Positions 38,018 through 50,100 of a stretch of 64,000 nucleotides of DNA are shown piece by piece. The DNA comes from Felis catus (taxonomy: Eukaryota). Each line of letters starts with the position of its first letter. Position 1 is the stretch's first letter. A program made the position numbers and the translations under genes. Under the pieces are notes generated by a model. That model was not told where the DNA came from, made no database searches, and worked only from the letters and a program-made list of their open reading frames with translations. The stretch spans positions 43,772,001 to 43,836,000 of the forward strand of contig NC_058373.1 of assembly GCF_018350175.1 (NCBI RefSeq), in the 5' to 3' direction.

Positions 38018-38423
38018 TGTGAAGGACTAATTGTATACTCTCAAAAATCCGTGTGTTGAAATCCTCATCCCCAGCACCTCTGAGTGAGACCTTATCTGCA
38101 GACAGGCTCTTTCAAGAGGTAATGAAGTTAAAATGAGGTGATTAAAATACGCTCTAATCCAACATGACTAGTGTCCTTATAAGAAGAAAAAAATTGGATA
38201 AGATAACATATAGAGGGAAGATAAATTGAGTACACAGGGAGAAGATGGCCATCTCTAGGCCAAGGAGGGAGGCCCATAACAGGTCCTTACTTCACGGTCC
38301 TCAACTTTGCAGACTCCTTCATGTCAGGCACCTAGCCTCCAGAGATGTGAGGCATGACATTTCTGTGATTGAAGCCACCCGGTCTGCAGTACGTTGTCAC
38401 ATCTGTCCTAACAAATGAGTGCA
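38018..38423 (+). mobile_element. MLT1B-like ERVL-MaLR solo LTR
   Basis: TG...CA termini, 5-bp TSD aatac / aatat, and ctaatccaacatgactagtgtccttataagaag. Confidence 0.9.
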
Positions 38424-41400
38424 AATATATTACATGCTAAAATGTGGACCGGGACTGGACTGGCTTGATTGGGTAGGGACAGGGTGAAATCAGTTACACT
38501 GTTTGAATAGCGAGGAAGGATGGCTTAATTAGTGTTCCAGGGAGGAAAACAAAAAAGAAAAGAAACCGGTGCTTGGTGGAAAAAAAAAACCAAAACAAAA
38601 CGGTTCCTGCAAACAGAGAAATCAAATGCAAGTCTCTTTGCATCCTAAGAGCTTCATCAGTGTGAAAGAGGCTTCTGCCCTCTCCAGAGAACACATTCCC
38701 CTTGACGTCACCACGGAGGATATTGAATTGTTTTGTTTTTCAGCAAAGCACAATGGCTTCAGGTTGGGCTTCTCCCTTCTTTTGCTCGGATATGTTAAGC
38801 TCTTCCATTGTAAGACTCTGTTCCTTATAATGTAGCCTAGACATTTCCTTCAGGCTGGGATTTAGAGATGAAGCCCAGGAAGGCCAGAAGTCCTCACCAA
38901 TGCTGTGTTTGTATTGTGCCCTGACCACCAGTGGCCCTGGGGACATCAGGACACATACTAGGCAGTGAGAGAAGCAATAGAATTGAGGACAGGTTGATGC
39001 TTTCCCATTGCCGTCCCATTGTTGATAAGCTCAGGGACGATTGGGAGGAAGGTTGGGGCATGAGCTCAAAGAGGTGAAGTCAGACACTATCAACACTTGT
39101 GTGTGAGGCGATGCAGTGCTGGTGCTCAGGAGGCATAGAAACTGCTGTAGTAGGTGAGGTGCCTGCATCGATCCGTCAGCCTGGAGAGCTATCTTCATGG
39201 AGGGCTCTAACACACTGTTGTGCAAGGGACTGATGGATGGCCTTGAATGCTAGTTGGAAGTCCATTGTCCATCACCACATAATGCCTTCGCTCCTGTTCC
39301 CTTAGTCTCTTGAACCTCCTTCCCACCGCTTTCCAGAAAGACTTGACTAAAGGGAGGAGGAGTTGCTCCAGCCTCTGAGAGGGATCCATGCTGGGAGGAG
39401 TAAAGGGGCCGGTCCCCACTTACTCTTGTGTTACATTTGCTCATCACTTCTCTGTCTCCCCCAAGATGGAAAACACTCAGTGACAGGGATCATCCTGTAA
39501 TGTTCTCTGTATCCTTAGAACCTGGTCTCTGCTTGGTTCATAGTTGGCACTCAGTAAATATTGGCTCCAGGGAGAAAGGGAGGAAAAAATGCTTTATTAT
39601 TGGTCTGAGCAACACCCCTTTGTGGTATCACGTGGCATAATTCAGTATAATTTGTGTAACTTAAGGCTCCCAAGAATCTCAAGTAGGACCTCTCCCTGCC
39701 CACCACCCCCTGATAACTGCTTCACCAAGAAGGTGACTCAGGTGTGCTTCTGAAGCCAGTCCTCCCAGCGGCCACTCACAGGCCACCAACCTCCACAGTG
39801 CCTGGAGACGGAGACCAGCGGTTCTCCCCTACTTTCTCCTGATCCTTAGGGCGTTCGCCTGGCAAACTACTCAGGCCACTGTATTCTCCACCAACAGGAC
39901 ACTGCACCCCAAGTCCTGCCGGCTGCACTTACCTCAACTGGCCACAAGGCAGCACTGCCTGCCTTAGGCTCTCCGGGCCCCATGAGTTTTTACTAGCACT
40001 TTTATTCTACTTTTGGGACCTAGGTATGAGGCCACAGGAAAAGGGACTGAATAAAAGTGCAGAAAGACTGTTCCCTCTGACCCTGACCCTGGTTCTTAAT
40101 ACTGTGACTGTTGAGGCTCATTTCCTCTGGTTGGGGGCTCTCCCAGGAAGCTCCCCAGAGCCTCCTGCCATCGGAAAACCTCCTCATCCCACCCTCCGCC
40201 AGCCGAACCTGAATCCTAGGGTGAGTTCCAGTTAGGCTTCCTACGCTGCTAGCTCAAGGGTATCCTCCTTGGCTGGAGGCCACACCTCAACCGATCCAGA
40301 TGGGCGTATTCATGTCTTAGTTACCAAAAATAATCCTTGTAGCTCCAAAAAGGCTTTAGCCATGCAGGGGTGGGAGTCAGAGGTACTTCTGTTTCAAACC
40401 AGACTGTACCAGTTGCTATGTGTGTGACTGTGAACAAGTTACTCAGACTTTATGGGCTATGTTAAATGGGACAATTCCTATCTCACGAGACTTTAGAAGG
40501 TTTACATGAGTGGAAATAGGAAATGAGGGTAGGGCGTTGCCGGAAGATAGTAGGTACTAGATCTATCTTTCTTTTCTTCTCCTCCTGTTCCCTTAAGTTA
40601 GGAGTAAGGAATAACTTGATACAGATCTTTGACTTTAAACCACCCACTGGTGACCTCCCCTTGAATATCCTAGCGGGAGAGCCCCATCAAGGAATCCCCA
40701 TCCCTGCCGTTGGAATGCATAAGTATCTGAGCTGCTTCATACTCACCAGGGCTGAAATCCACAACTGCCCACTGAGCCTCTCGGGATGTGCTCGCAGAGC
40801 TAACTGGGCCATTCCTGCTGAGTTCTGTAGCATGCGGTAGAACTCTTTTAAGATGCTCAGAAAGGGTTTCCCATGAAGCTGAGGGAGGTACCACAGGTGA
40901 ACTGAGCTGAGCAGGGAGCAGAGGAATGGAAGGGAAACCTCGCAAGTGAGTACAACCTCCTGGCCAGGAGGCTGCTAACCAGAGGATGCCAAGTTCCTTT
41001 CCAGCACCACCCAGAGGTGGTTCGTTGCTCTAGGTCTAAGGGAAATTAACATAAACCTCTTTAGATTTCTTCCAACTTGGTAGTTTTCAGCCATTTGCTC
41101 CCACTGCCCACTTCCTCCGTTCAGCATTACCGCTGTTCCTGTGTGAGATCTCTGCATAGTGGACAGTGCCTGTGACCCATGTCCCCTGCTTGCATTGTGA
41201 TGAACAGAGGCGCTCCTACACCATCACCACCCACATGAGACACACTTACTCAGGCTTCTGACTTCGTGCCTTAGGGTACAAAAGCCCAGACCAGAATGAG
41301 AACTGATCTCCCCTATTAGCTGTTCAACTTGGGGGCAAGCCATTTACCCTCGGAAAACTTCAGTGTCTTCTGAGTGTAAACTGAGATCGTTATAGCTTCC

Positions 41401-43574
41401 TCACAAGTGTGAGTAAATGGATGGTAGATGGTTTGGTCACTGTTTATAGGTGTCCTGGCAGTAGGAAGCGTGGCAGGTGTGAGAGGCATTCACTCGTACC
41501 AGGAATACTCTCCCCACCTTTTAAGACCCTCTCTGTTCTTCATGCCTGTGGATGGCATCGTCTCCATATTGTTTTCACCATCTCCTGCAACCGTCTAATT
41601 CCCTTTGAATGCCTGTCACACCTACTTTCTGCCATTTCTTGGCCTCTTGTTGCCAGTTCTTCTGAGCCACTCTTCCGTTTTCCCGGTTTGACTATAGGCC
41701 CTTTCAGTCTAGGGCCTTTCGAGACTAAAATCACCCTTTCTAGTGAGTGTTTCAGTAATGGCTCACGGGAGCCGTGAATATCATTGCATGTCAACACCCG
41801 TGTTTGGGCAGGTGGACATGCTCAGGTTGGCAAGTGTTCATGTCCTGGTATCTGAGGCAGTGTACTAGTGTGCTGAGGACAGCTCAGAAATGGCCAAGAT
41901 AAAATGGAAGAGGGAGAAATGCTACAGCGTCAAATAGAACTCTTAGGGACTATACTCAGAAAAGGCCAGCTTTGAGCTGTGTGTTCCCTCTGGGACCAGG
42001 TGATTACAGTTTAGGATGGACTGGGGAATTTCCATGCTGCTGGAAACACCATATGAGAACCTTCCTAGTATTTGGGTTCAACAGCAAATGCTGAGACAGA
42101 AAAAATATTTCCATCCATCTGCACTAATCTCTTATTTCCCTAGCAGTTAGAAAGAGAGAGAGGGGACGAAAAAATAAATTAAAGGCTGCATCAGAAAAAA
42201 AGCTCAAGAGCCAGGCTTACGCTCAGCCCGCTGCCAGGTCATTTTCTAGTCGGTACAGGAAATGCCAAACTTCTGCGGCTATTGGGTGGAGGTGCTGGGA
42301 ATATAATCATTTGAACTGTGATAATTGAAGGCATTAAAGAAGAAAGCCCAACTGAAAAACTTCCAGAAAGGCAAAGGCACTCAGAATTCAAATCAGGCCG
42401 CTCGCATCCTCCAGTTTCTAGGAAGAAAGCTGCACTTTGTCAGGACCAGGTCTCCTTTCCGTGTCCCGGGACGATCCACCCACCTGCAGCCGGTGCTCCG
42501 TGCCAAGCAAAACCCAAACCCCGGCACCTTGCTACTTACTTATGTGCAGACCGTCCATGTATGTATATGTAAATCCATCCGCGTGGTGGCTGTATCAGTT
42601 ACTGGTTTTAGGCTGGGACCCCAGGGAACATACACTTGATGAGGGCTTTGCACTTACCTTCAGTTATACAATCTGTGTCTTGTTACACTGCCCGTCAACT
42701 TAGCATGTGCTCGTGGTCGGCTTGTGCGGGCGGTTCTCGGTGCTCCTGGAGCCAGGCCAGGCTGACAACATCTATCTGTGGATTTAACCATTAAAGCCGT
42801 AACAGCTTCTTCCCCCTCCTCCCTCCTCCTTGCTTTGGCCCATTCATAGCCAGAGACATCTCTCAAAGGGAAGAGGCTTGTGCCCATATATATCCTAGGC
42901 CAGATCGAAAGTAGCGGCTCAGACCTTTCACGTGGGCACAAATGTGGTTGCTTCGTACGATCAGTACTCAACTTTTAAGTCTCTGTCATGTCCATAATTG
43001 GATGGTAAACATTTTCCTCTTGGTAACTTCTATTTCTTTTCTTGTGGATCTTGGCTTTCAGGACCAGGTATGTTTGTATGGCAGCTATGGGAAGGTTGAA
43101 AAGGGTCCAGTACCTTCGTAAGGCCTCAGAGAACTCATCTGTGAACAGGTTTCTGTTCGGCGGCTTGTGCCGTGCACGTAGTACTATGCCGGACATTGTA
43201 GTAATTTTTGATCCCTGACTTGAGGAGGCTCACCGTTGGATCAGAGGCCATACACAAACTGGAATTAAAATAAAAACTTAAAAAAAAAAAAATGAGCCTA
43301 AGATTGTATGCTAACTTACTGGAAGAAAAACTTAAAAAAAATTAATGGAAGCCATAGACACCAACATCAGCATGACACAGCCCAGGGCATAGAAGGTGAG
43401 TGAGAGAGGGTAGCAAAGAGGGAAAAGGTGGTGGGGGGGTGGGGGGACTAAGAACGTGGAAAAAGTGTTCTCTGAAGGATGTGACATTGGCACTTGACCT
43501 TGATGTGGTCACATGTTAGAGAGGATGACACGGTAAATAAAGCTTATAGAAACTGGTAGTTATGAGAGAAGACT

Positions 43575-43750
43575 GAAGAGAGATGGCATGTTCTTAAATC
43601 CCAGCTCTGCTTCCTATCCCTGTGACCTTGAGTAAGTTACTTAGCCTCTTTCTTCCTCAGTCTCCCTACTTGTAAAATGATAATAATAGTGCCTGTCTCA
43701 TAAGGTTGTCTTGAAGATTCCCCAAAATACCACCTAGAAAGCACGTAGCT
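43575..43750 (+). mobile_element. MIR
   Basis: aaatcccagctctgc...tgtgaccttgagtaagttacttagcctct...cctcagtctccctacttgtaaaatg. Confidence 0.85.
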
Positions 43751-44709
43751 AAAATGTGGTGATGGTGGCTGGTGATACAAAGCTCATGGGAAAGCCAAGA
43801 ACAGAACTGGTCAAATGGGAGGGGCGTACTGTAACCTGGTGAAAATGTCTTGCCAGGGGAAACTCGTGTGGCATTGGTTCATCTTTCCTGGTCATTTGAA
43901 CCTGTAGTTGCCAGCCCCCTTATTAGATCCGATGGGCAGACATCTAATCGGCCATCTCAATGGGCCAAAGCATCAGTTGGACAACTTTTGGAGCGGGTGT
44001 TTTATTTTGAATCAGATGGGAAATGTGTGACCTCAGTTAGTGATAAAGTGCCAACTAGGAAACTCCAGCACCTCCTTCTTATGAGGGTCGGCCAGCGTTG
44101 TGGCTGCTTTGGAAAGACGGAGGAGGAAACAACTGGTGTATTTGCTTCTGGCGGCTGTCTTGGTCACAGGGATTTCATAAGACCAACATGTTTGTCAAAT
44201 GCATCAGCCATACGCTGATGCTTTTATGATAAAGTAAAAAAAAAAAAAACCACTTTCTTTAACTTGTCTCTATGGAATCCTGTAATTTTGGAGTGGGAAG
44301 GGGCCTCAAAAAACTAGTCTTTGTAGCAGTGAAAGAAATAGGAAGCCAGATGTCTCCATAACCTGGGAAGAAGTGTCCAGAATCTCAGATCCTAGTTTCA
44401 GAAAATGTCTTCCTCATTCCACAGAAAGTCTTATTTCCATTTGCTTTGAGGACTTTTAAGGAAAACTTTTACAGTCCTCATTGGCTGCAGGAAAGGCTGC
44501 AGGAGAGGGCAGCCTCTCCTATGGTGAGCCCCACAAACCCCATTTCCAAACCCAGCAATGAGCAATGATGAGGTCTTAAGTGTTGGATGGGAGAGGAATT
44601 GAGAAAGATGTTCCTAGATGTGTCTCTACCATAAACATACATGGCAAAAGGGAACCCTCCTTCTGAGGATCATGGAATCCAGCAGCAGAAGGAACCTTCA
44701 GGATCATTG

Positions 44710-45020
44710 AGTATTTTTAAAAGTGTGTTCTACCAGTTTCCGAAGATGTTTTAAGGTGTTACATGTCACAGTCTACTAAATTTGGAAATGATTACTTGAG
44801 CGACAATAATGGGTCTGTTTGCCACAGGAATTTCAGAGTCTCTAATATGCTACCATTAGCATTGTGACTCTCCAAGAAAGGGATATAAGCATGAGCCCAA
44901 TTTATGGGGTTTTTTTTGTTGTTGTTGCTTTTGTGTTGTTTTTTTTATTTTTGTGAAGAACTCTTTCATGTTATGGCTCTTGGCAGTATTTCTTAGTATT
45001 TGTGTTCTGTAGAGCTTCAG
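44710..45020. mobile_element. MER113-like hAT-Charlie remnant within a MIR
   Basis: aaagtgtgttc...taatatgcta...gcattgtgactctccaagaaagggatata. Confidence 0.6.
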
Positions 45021-47654
45021 GACCCTCTGATTTTGTCTACTGCCTAAGTTTACCTATGAGGATATTGGCACAAAGTCATTATCAAATTCATGATTGAACT
45101 AGGATTCAAGCCCAGGTCTCTTGAGCCTCCTTCAGAGTTGCAGAACTCAAAAGTGGGCAGGTGAAGCTGCCCACTTTATCTGCAGTTATCTGAATGTTTC
45201 AGGAAAACCATGGTTTTAAAAATACTTACCTTGACCTCTTTGGATCTATATTTCCATTTGTCACTCTACCTGTCATACAGAGGCAAGTGGTCACAGAATA
45301 TCTAATACAGTCCTCTGTCCAATAGACCGAAAAAAAAAAGAGAAAAGGAACACTTAATTTCTATTCCTTCTTCACAAAAGTGCCCAATAAGATTGGCTGT
45401 GTTGTAGAGGCTGGTAATCCTGGTTTTGAAGTTTCCACAATCCTCCACGTAATTAGCCTTGGAATGTGTTCATAACGATCTATTAGCAGGTAGAGTTTTA
45501 ATGGGTGTGCCACTTTGCAGACATGAGCAGTGTCCGAAGGGTTTTGGTACTCTGGTTTGTTGGGAGAGATTCCACCTCACATGGCTCAGAATGGTCAGGG
45601 TCCTTGCTTCTCTGTCATATGTTGCCAGCCACCCAAGAATGTGCCTGAGCCAAGTTGCTCTGCAAAGCTGTTGAATGGACAACTGGGATGGTGTCCTATT
45701 GTAACCAACAATCAGGAGGCCCCTTCAGGCATAGTACATTTTCCAAGTAATTCATTTGGTGGACGTAAGCTGAGTTCGATTTTCTTAATGACAGCAATGG
45801 CCACCATTATTGCTTAGCTGTGAGTTCCCATGCTAGGCATTTAACATATGTTTTATCTCATTTATTCCTCGTGACAGCCATTGCCAAGTCCTAGTTACCT
45901 GACCTCGAATAAGACAATTTAATCCCTTTGTGCTTGAGGTTCCTCAGGGGGGTTGGGAAGATTGAGTACAGAGAGGTAGGATTAAAAGAGCATCTATCTC
46001 ATGTTCGCACATAGTAGGAACTTAATAAATAGTCATTTATTGGGGCAGAATTTATATCGTATAGGATATTATAAAATCCCATTTTCCTCCTTCCCTACCT
46101 CTAGCCAAGGCAGTTAGGCCATAGTAATATTGTAGATAGTCATAAGTTTGGGTAAAGAGGCAGCAGACCACATTAGTCTGCTAAATCCAGAATGGCTCTT
46201 TTTATCAGGATGAAATGGAATTTGATTGTCCATACATGCAAAGGCTCAGGTAATTTGAGTCTGATGTTTAATCCAGTATGAACATCCTTTGTATGAAATC
46301 ACTGCCATCACCACTTTAAGAAAGTTAATATTTATACCAAACATCTTCTGTAATGAGATAGGAACTTTTGACCACCCAGAAATCTAGTTCAGATTTTATA
46401 TTTGCATGCTCCCATAGTCAGGTTTCGGAATGATTCTTTATCCAATTGGAGAAATAAAGTACATGCACTATTTCAAAGGAGACATTGAATCAAAGCAGAT
46501 CACTCATTATCCCCTTCTCAAAGTATTCTGGTTGCGGAAAATAAAAGAGGGCTCTGAAATCAAACATATCACGTAGATACTTTTGAATATTTATTATGTT
46601 TATAAAGCTCCTTATAAGACAAACCATGAAAGGCAGGTGACCTGATGGGATGATATTGTGAGACCAAGTATTTACATTTGAGAGGAACATGTAGCAGTTT
46701 CCTGGGGTAAATGGGTAATTCTTCCAGAGTAGTCTCTGCCCCTGTTGGTGCTTCTCCTTTTTCTATCACCCTCCCCTTTGCTCCCATCTAATTATATCTT
46801 ACCATTGAAGACCAAGATGAAGTGGCATCTCCTCTAGGAACCCTTCTCTGGCCTCCAGGTGGACTTTGTCCATTTTCACGTTGAGCCCTTTGCCTACCTG
46901 TATCTCAACCATGAGCGCCTTCTTCTGGAATCATTAGTGTGTGAGTCTGTCTGTTCTGCCGAACCGCAGCTCTCTGCAGGGCCTGAGCAAAGTGGCCCTT
47001 GTGTCTTTGTTTACCAGGCACAATAACTCGGGTTATCAATAAGTGGGTCATCAGTAAGTGTCTATTTAAAGAAACAACAAATCCTGGACGGTGGGCTCCA
47101 CCATTGCATTGCTGGGAAAAAGAGCCAAGGGGTTAAATGGTGTCAGGGAATGGATGGAACCGTTTCTAAAAAGACCTCTTGGATTTACTAGTTCTTTCAT
47201 GCTGGAAGAAAGATGGTAGGCACAGTGGAATCCTCACCTGCCTTTCCTGGCAAAGTTCCTAACCGTGGGTGTTGAGAGGATGTTAGTCTTCTCTCCAAAA
47301 GGATCGTAGGCTGTGTTCACATTTTTTAAGTGCTCGTGTAGCCCCCACGGTATCTATTTCAGTAATAGGCACATTGTAATAATACCTGACTTGAATTCAT
47401 ATCATAGTATAGTCAGTCATTTATCATTGTGCGTGTCTGTCTCCCCTGCGATCCTAACTCACTTTTGAATCACCACTCTTTAGTGCAGTGGCTGGCACTT
47501 GGCAAGGATGCTGCTAACAGTCTATGAATGAATGGGTGGATGGAATGCATGAAAAATACATGAAGCCGTTTGTATCATACCTTATAGACTTTATGGTACC
47601 TTCTCTGCAGATCTCACTTGATTTAATCTGTACAGCAATACTATAGGGCTGATG

Positions 47655-47832
47655 TGACTAGGGTTATTAGCCCACTTTATAGATACAGAAATTGACCATC
47701 AGAAAGTTTAGATAACTTGTTCATGACCTCATACCTGATCAAGAATGGGACTTAGGCTCAGGACTTCCAGTGTTTGAGTCATAGATTCATGGCTCTAACT
47801 CATAGTTCCCTCTACAATTTCTGATAGACTGG
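47655..47832 (+). repeat. Copy A of a ~178-bp diverged local duplication (MIR-derived plus flank)
   Basis: Aligns colinearly with 49109-49287. Confidence 0.85.
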
Positions 47833-47904
47833 CTATATATTTGGTGGTTGAAGAGATGATGGGACTTGATAAGCTACTTTTCCCAGGATAGGAGGAGTAA
47901 TTAT

Positions 47905-48345
47905 AATAACAACGGCAGTTACTGTTTATTGAGTCCTTACATTGGGTACGTAGTAAATGCCAAGCACTTGACCCAAGTCATCCTGACTAACACGCTCCAA
48001 GGTAGCTACTATTGTTAATTTTGTTTCCCACAGGAGACTGAAATATGGGATGTTTACATAACATGTGCCCGGTCACAGAGCTGGTTCATAGTAGAGGCAA
48101 GATTTGAACCTAGACAGTTGGTGTTCAAAGTCTCTACTCTTTTTTTTTTTTTTAATGTTTGTTCATTTTTGAGAGGGAACATGTGAGGGGCAGAGAGAGA
48201 GGGGACAGAGGATCCCAAGCAGATGCAGGGCTCAAACCCATGAACCCCCACTAACTGCGAGATTATGAGCTGAGCCAAAGTCACGCTTAACCAACTGAGC
48301 CATTCAGGTGTCCTACAAAGCCCCTACTCTTAAACCGTTCTCCTA
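47905..48345 (-). mobile_element. MIR split by a Can-SINE
   Basis: gtgcccggtcacagagctggt...gtagaggcaagatttgaacctagacag. Confidence 0.8.
48142..48313 (-). mobile_element. Can-SINE (degraded, internally deleted)
   Basis: TSD caaagtctctactctt (48126-48141) / caaagcccctactctt (48316-48331). Confidence 0.9.
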
Positions 48346-49108
48346 TACTTCTTCCCTTGAAAGACCAGTTTTCTTCTAAATTGTCATTGTTTTCCTAACA
48401 GGCCAACACCTTGTGAGTAATTTTGACCTTGGGCACATTATCTAACTTACCTGGGCTTCTGCTTCCTGTTTTGTAAAATAAAGAAATTAATATCTCCCTT
48501 TTGGAATTGCTGTGAGGATAAAATGGTAATACATGAAGAATGTGCTTTGTAAGCTATAAAGCATTATACAAATGAAAGTTATTATTGCTTAGTGAAAAAA
48601 AAGGCAACAAGCTATTGTGATAATAATTCGATTGAACAAGTGTTTATCGAGTTCATACTGTGGGCGAGGCATGATCAAAATAAGAGAAATACTTCTATTC
48701 ATCACTGAACATAATGCTATCAAATTTCCAGCCAGAGAATCTACTTCCCCTGCTTCCTTCTGTTATAAACCTGCTGGTGAAATTATCTAACAAGAAAGAA
48801 AACAAAACCATGTAAAGCAATCTTGTTTAAAATGGTGCCAGTGATTACAATGTGTTTTCTGATTTTCTGTTTTCAGTAATGCACCATCCTACGTAAAAGC
48901 TTGCCTACCATTATTGTAATTTCAGACGTCCTCTGGCCCCTTTGGAGAGTGTATGTATGTAAACTGTTCTGTTCTCAATGGAATAAACAAAATGGATAAA
49001 CTAAAAACAGTGCCACAAGGAAGAACTAGAGAGGCATCGGGACTGTCAGGATTGAAAGTTGGGATTCTTGGTTGGGTCCCATCCTCCTTCAGATACATCC
49101 TGCCTTCA

Positions 49109-49287
49109 TGACAAGGGTTATTATCCCATCTTGTAGATGCAGAAATTGCCCATCCGAAAGTTTAGATAACTTGTTCGTGACCTTATGTCTAATAAAGAGC
49201 CAGGCCTCATACCCATGACTTCCAGTGCTTGGGCCACAGACTCATGCCCTTAATTAAGAGCTTCCTCTGTAGTCTCTGATAGACTGG
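49109..49287 (+). repeat. Copy B of the ~178-bp local duplication
   Basis: Shares gaaagtttagataacttgttc and terminal ctgatagactgg with copy A. Confidence 0.85.
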
Positions 49288-49530
49288 GTGAGCCTCCACT
49301 GCTTTACCAGCAATGTGCAACAGTCACAACTTGGTGAAAACAGTTCATGAAATCCTTCTTACTGTAGAAATGTGAGTTCTTACTTTGTGTTGAATTCACA
49401 AGAGTATTTAGCATCTTGTTGAAAATAATTGCATGACAGTTAGCACCAGGAATCTTGAAGGTGTAAAGTCAATGTCCAATTAAACTTCTATATGATAACA
49501 GTTCAACAGCTAAAATGTATTGAGAGTCGA

Positions 49531-49737
49531 GGAGCGCCTGGGTGGCTCAGTCGGTTAAGCTCAGGTCATGATCTCATGGTCCGTGAGTTCGAGCCCCGTG
49601 TCGGGCTCTGTGCTGACAGCTCAGAGCCTGGACCCTCTTTCAAATTCTGTGTCTCCCTCTCTCTGACCCTCCCCTGTTCATGCTCTGTCTCTCTCTCTCT
49701 CAAAAATAAATAAACATTAAAACAAATTTAATAAAAA
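49531..49737 (+). mobile_element. Can-SINE
   Basis: TSD taaaatgtattgagagtcga (49511-49530) / taaaatgtattgagaatcga (49738-49757). Short deletion in the head. Confidence 0.96.
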
Positions 49738-49888
49738 TAAAATGTATTGAGAATCGAATATATAACCAACATAGGCTTTAGATGTATTGTGGAATCATGT
49801 TAATAGTTCTTAATCTGAAATCCCAGCAATTGTAATAATATACTTAATACATATAAATGAAGACTGTTTTTAAAAAATGTAAAACCCA

Positions 49889-50100
49889 GGGGTGTCATGG
49901 TGCCTCCGTTGGTTGGGTGCCCGAGTCTTGATTTCAGGTCAGGTCATGATCTCATGGTTCATGACTTCAAGCCCTACATCGGGCTCTCTGCTGACAATGT
50001 GGAGTCTGCTTGGGTTTCTCTCTCTCCTTCTCTCTCTGCCCCTCCTCTCTGCCCCTCTCTCTCTACCAAAATAAATAAAGTTGAAAAAATGGAAAAAAAA
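49889..50100 (+). mobile_element. Can-SINE (older type)
   Basis: tcttgatttcaggtcaggtcatgatctc, (CT)n region and aaaataaataaa tail. TSD weak. Confidence 0.92.
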
